Source: an uncultured Actinomycetes bacterium
GTDB taxonomy: Bacteria > Actinomycetota > Thermoleophilia > UBA2241
Direction of reading: 5' to 3'
Length of the DNA: 27,093 bases
Assembly (NCBI GenBank): GCA_963767005.1
Contig: CAVYCN010000009.1
Coordinates: 1-27,093 of the forward strand
Part shown: positions 26,287-27,093 of the stretch, one piece after another
How the letters are laid out: every line of letters begins with the position of its first letter
How positions within the stretch are numbered: position 1 is the stretch's first letter
The notes under the pieces: model-generated
What the model was told of the DNA's origin: nothing
Database searches by the model: none
Seen by the model: only the letters and a program-made list of their open reading frames with translations
Made by a program: the position numbers and the translations under genes

Positions 26287-27025
26287 ATGGCACAACGAGA
26301 CGACATCAGAGACCTGCCGCAGGACGGCGTCGTCGAGCTCGTCGCGCGCGCAGGCCGACGGCCGCATCCTGCGCTGCGTCCGCACCGACGCGCTCCAGGG
26401 CCGCGACGCTCGCTTCAACCGCCTCTACGACCGTCTGGCTCCGCTCTACGACTGGAACGAACGGATCGGTGGCCGTGTCTTCGGCGTCGACGCCGGGAGG
26501 GAGCGCGCGGCCATCGTCGAGCGTCTCGGGCTGCGGCCCGGGATGAGCGTGCTCGAGGTCTCCCCCGGCCCCGGTGTCTACCAGGGCCTCATCTCCGAGC
26601 GAGTCGGAGCCGCCGGGCGGCTGGTCGAGCTCGATCTCTCGATCGGCATGCTACGCGCCTGCGCCCGCCGCGCGCAGCGCGGCGGGCGTCACCCCCTGCT
26701 GGTCCAGGCCGACGCCGCCCGTCTACCCTTCGTCGACGACGCGTTCGACGTCGTGTTCCACTTCGGCGGCGTCAAGCTCTTCAATGAGCCGCAGCGCGCA
26801 CTCGCCGAGTTCGTGCGAGTAGCGCGGCCCGGGGCGACCGTCGTGTGGGGCGACGAGGGCTTCGGGCAGGGGGCGCCGCGCGGCTGGCGCCGGCGCGTTC
26901 TGCAGCGCATCAACCCCGGCTTTCTCGAGCCCGTCCCATCGTCGCCCGCGGGCCTCGCCGACGAGCGTCGCTACGAGATCATGAACGGCTGCGCCTGGCT
27001 GATCGTGGCGCGCAAGCAGGCCTGA
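26287..27025 (+). CDS. Class I SAM-dependent methyltransferase (UbiE-like), with a probable frameshift near 26345
   Basis: YDRLAPLYD, VLEVSPGPG, LDLSIGML, DAARLPF.DDAFD, EFVRVARPG. ATG 26287 after the promoter is out of frame with the main body. Confidence 0.8.
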
Positions 27026-27093
27026 GGGGCTGGTCCGGCGATCGACTCCGTCGTCGCCACTCAGGCGGGCGTGACTTTGTCGCGCGCCTAGCG

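Overview
High-GC bacterial DNA, most likely Actinomycetota with anaerobic corrinoid-dependent methyl metabolism (taxon is inference). It is a patchwork accessory region. It holds a non-pyrrolysine MttB methyltransferase, hydrolases, an AAA/DUF4143 ATPase, a complete 1349-bp IS5-family element with a CTAG target duplication, and a stand-alone E2-like acyltransferase domain. A lower-GC block carries an APC permease and an ornithine-racemase-like gene with a long structured leader. Further along are a membrane sulfite-oxidase-like molybdoenzyme, an ECF sigma factor with a three-repeat anti-sigma candidate, a DUF1778/GNAT toxin-antitoxin pair, a solo Cas4-like nuclease and a TetR/methyltransferase switch with clear operators. 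The best candidates for undescribed systems are (1) a GntR-UTRA regulator coupled to its own B12-binding protein, facing a corrinoid protein + URO-D-fold methyltransferase operon across an AT-rich palindrome, (2) a family of five REP-like GC palindromes bracketing small gene units, (3) the three-repeat anti-sigma candidate and (4) the racemase leader RNA. All product calls come from motif recognition by eye; no searches were run.
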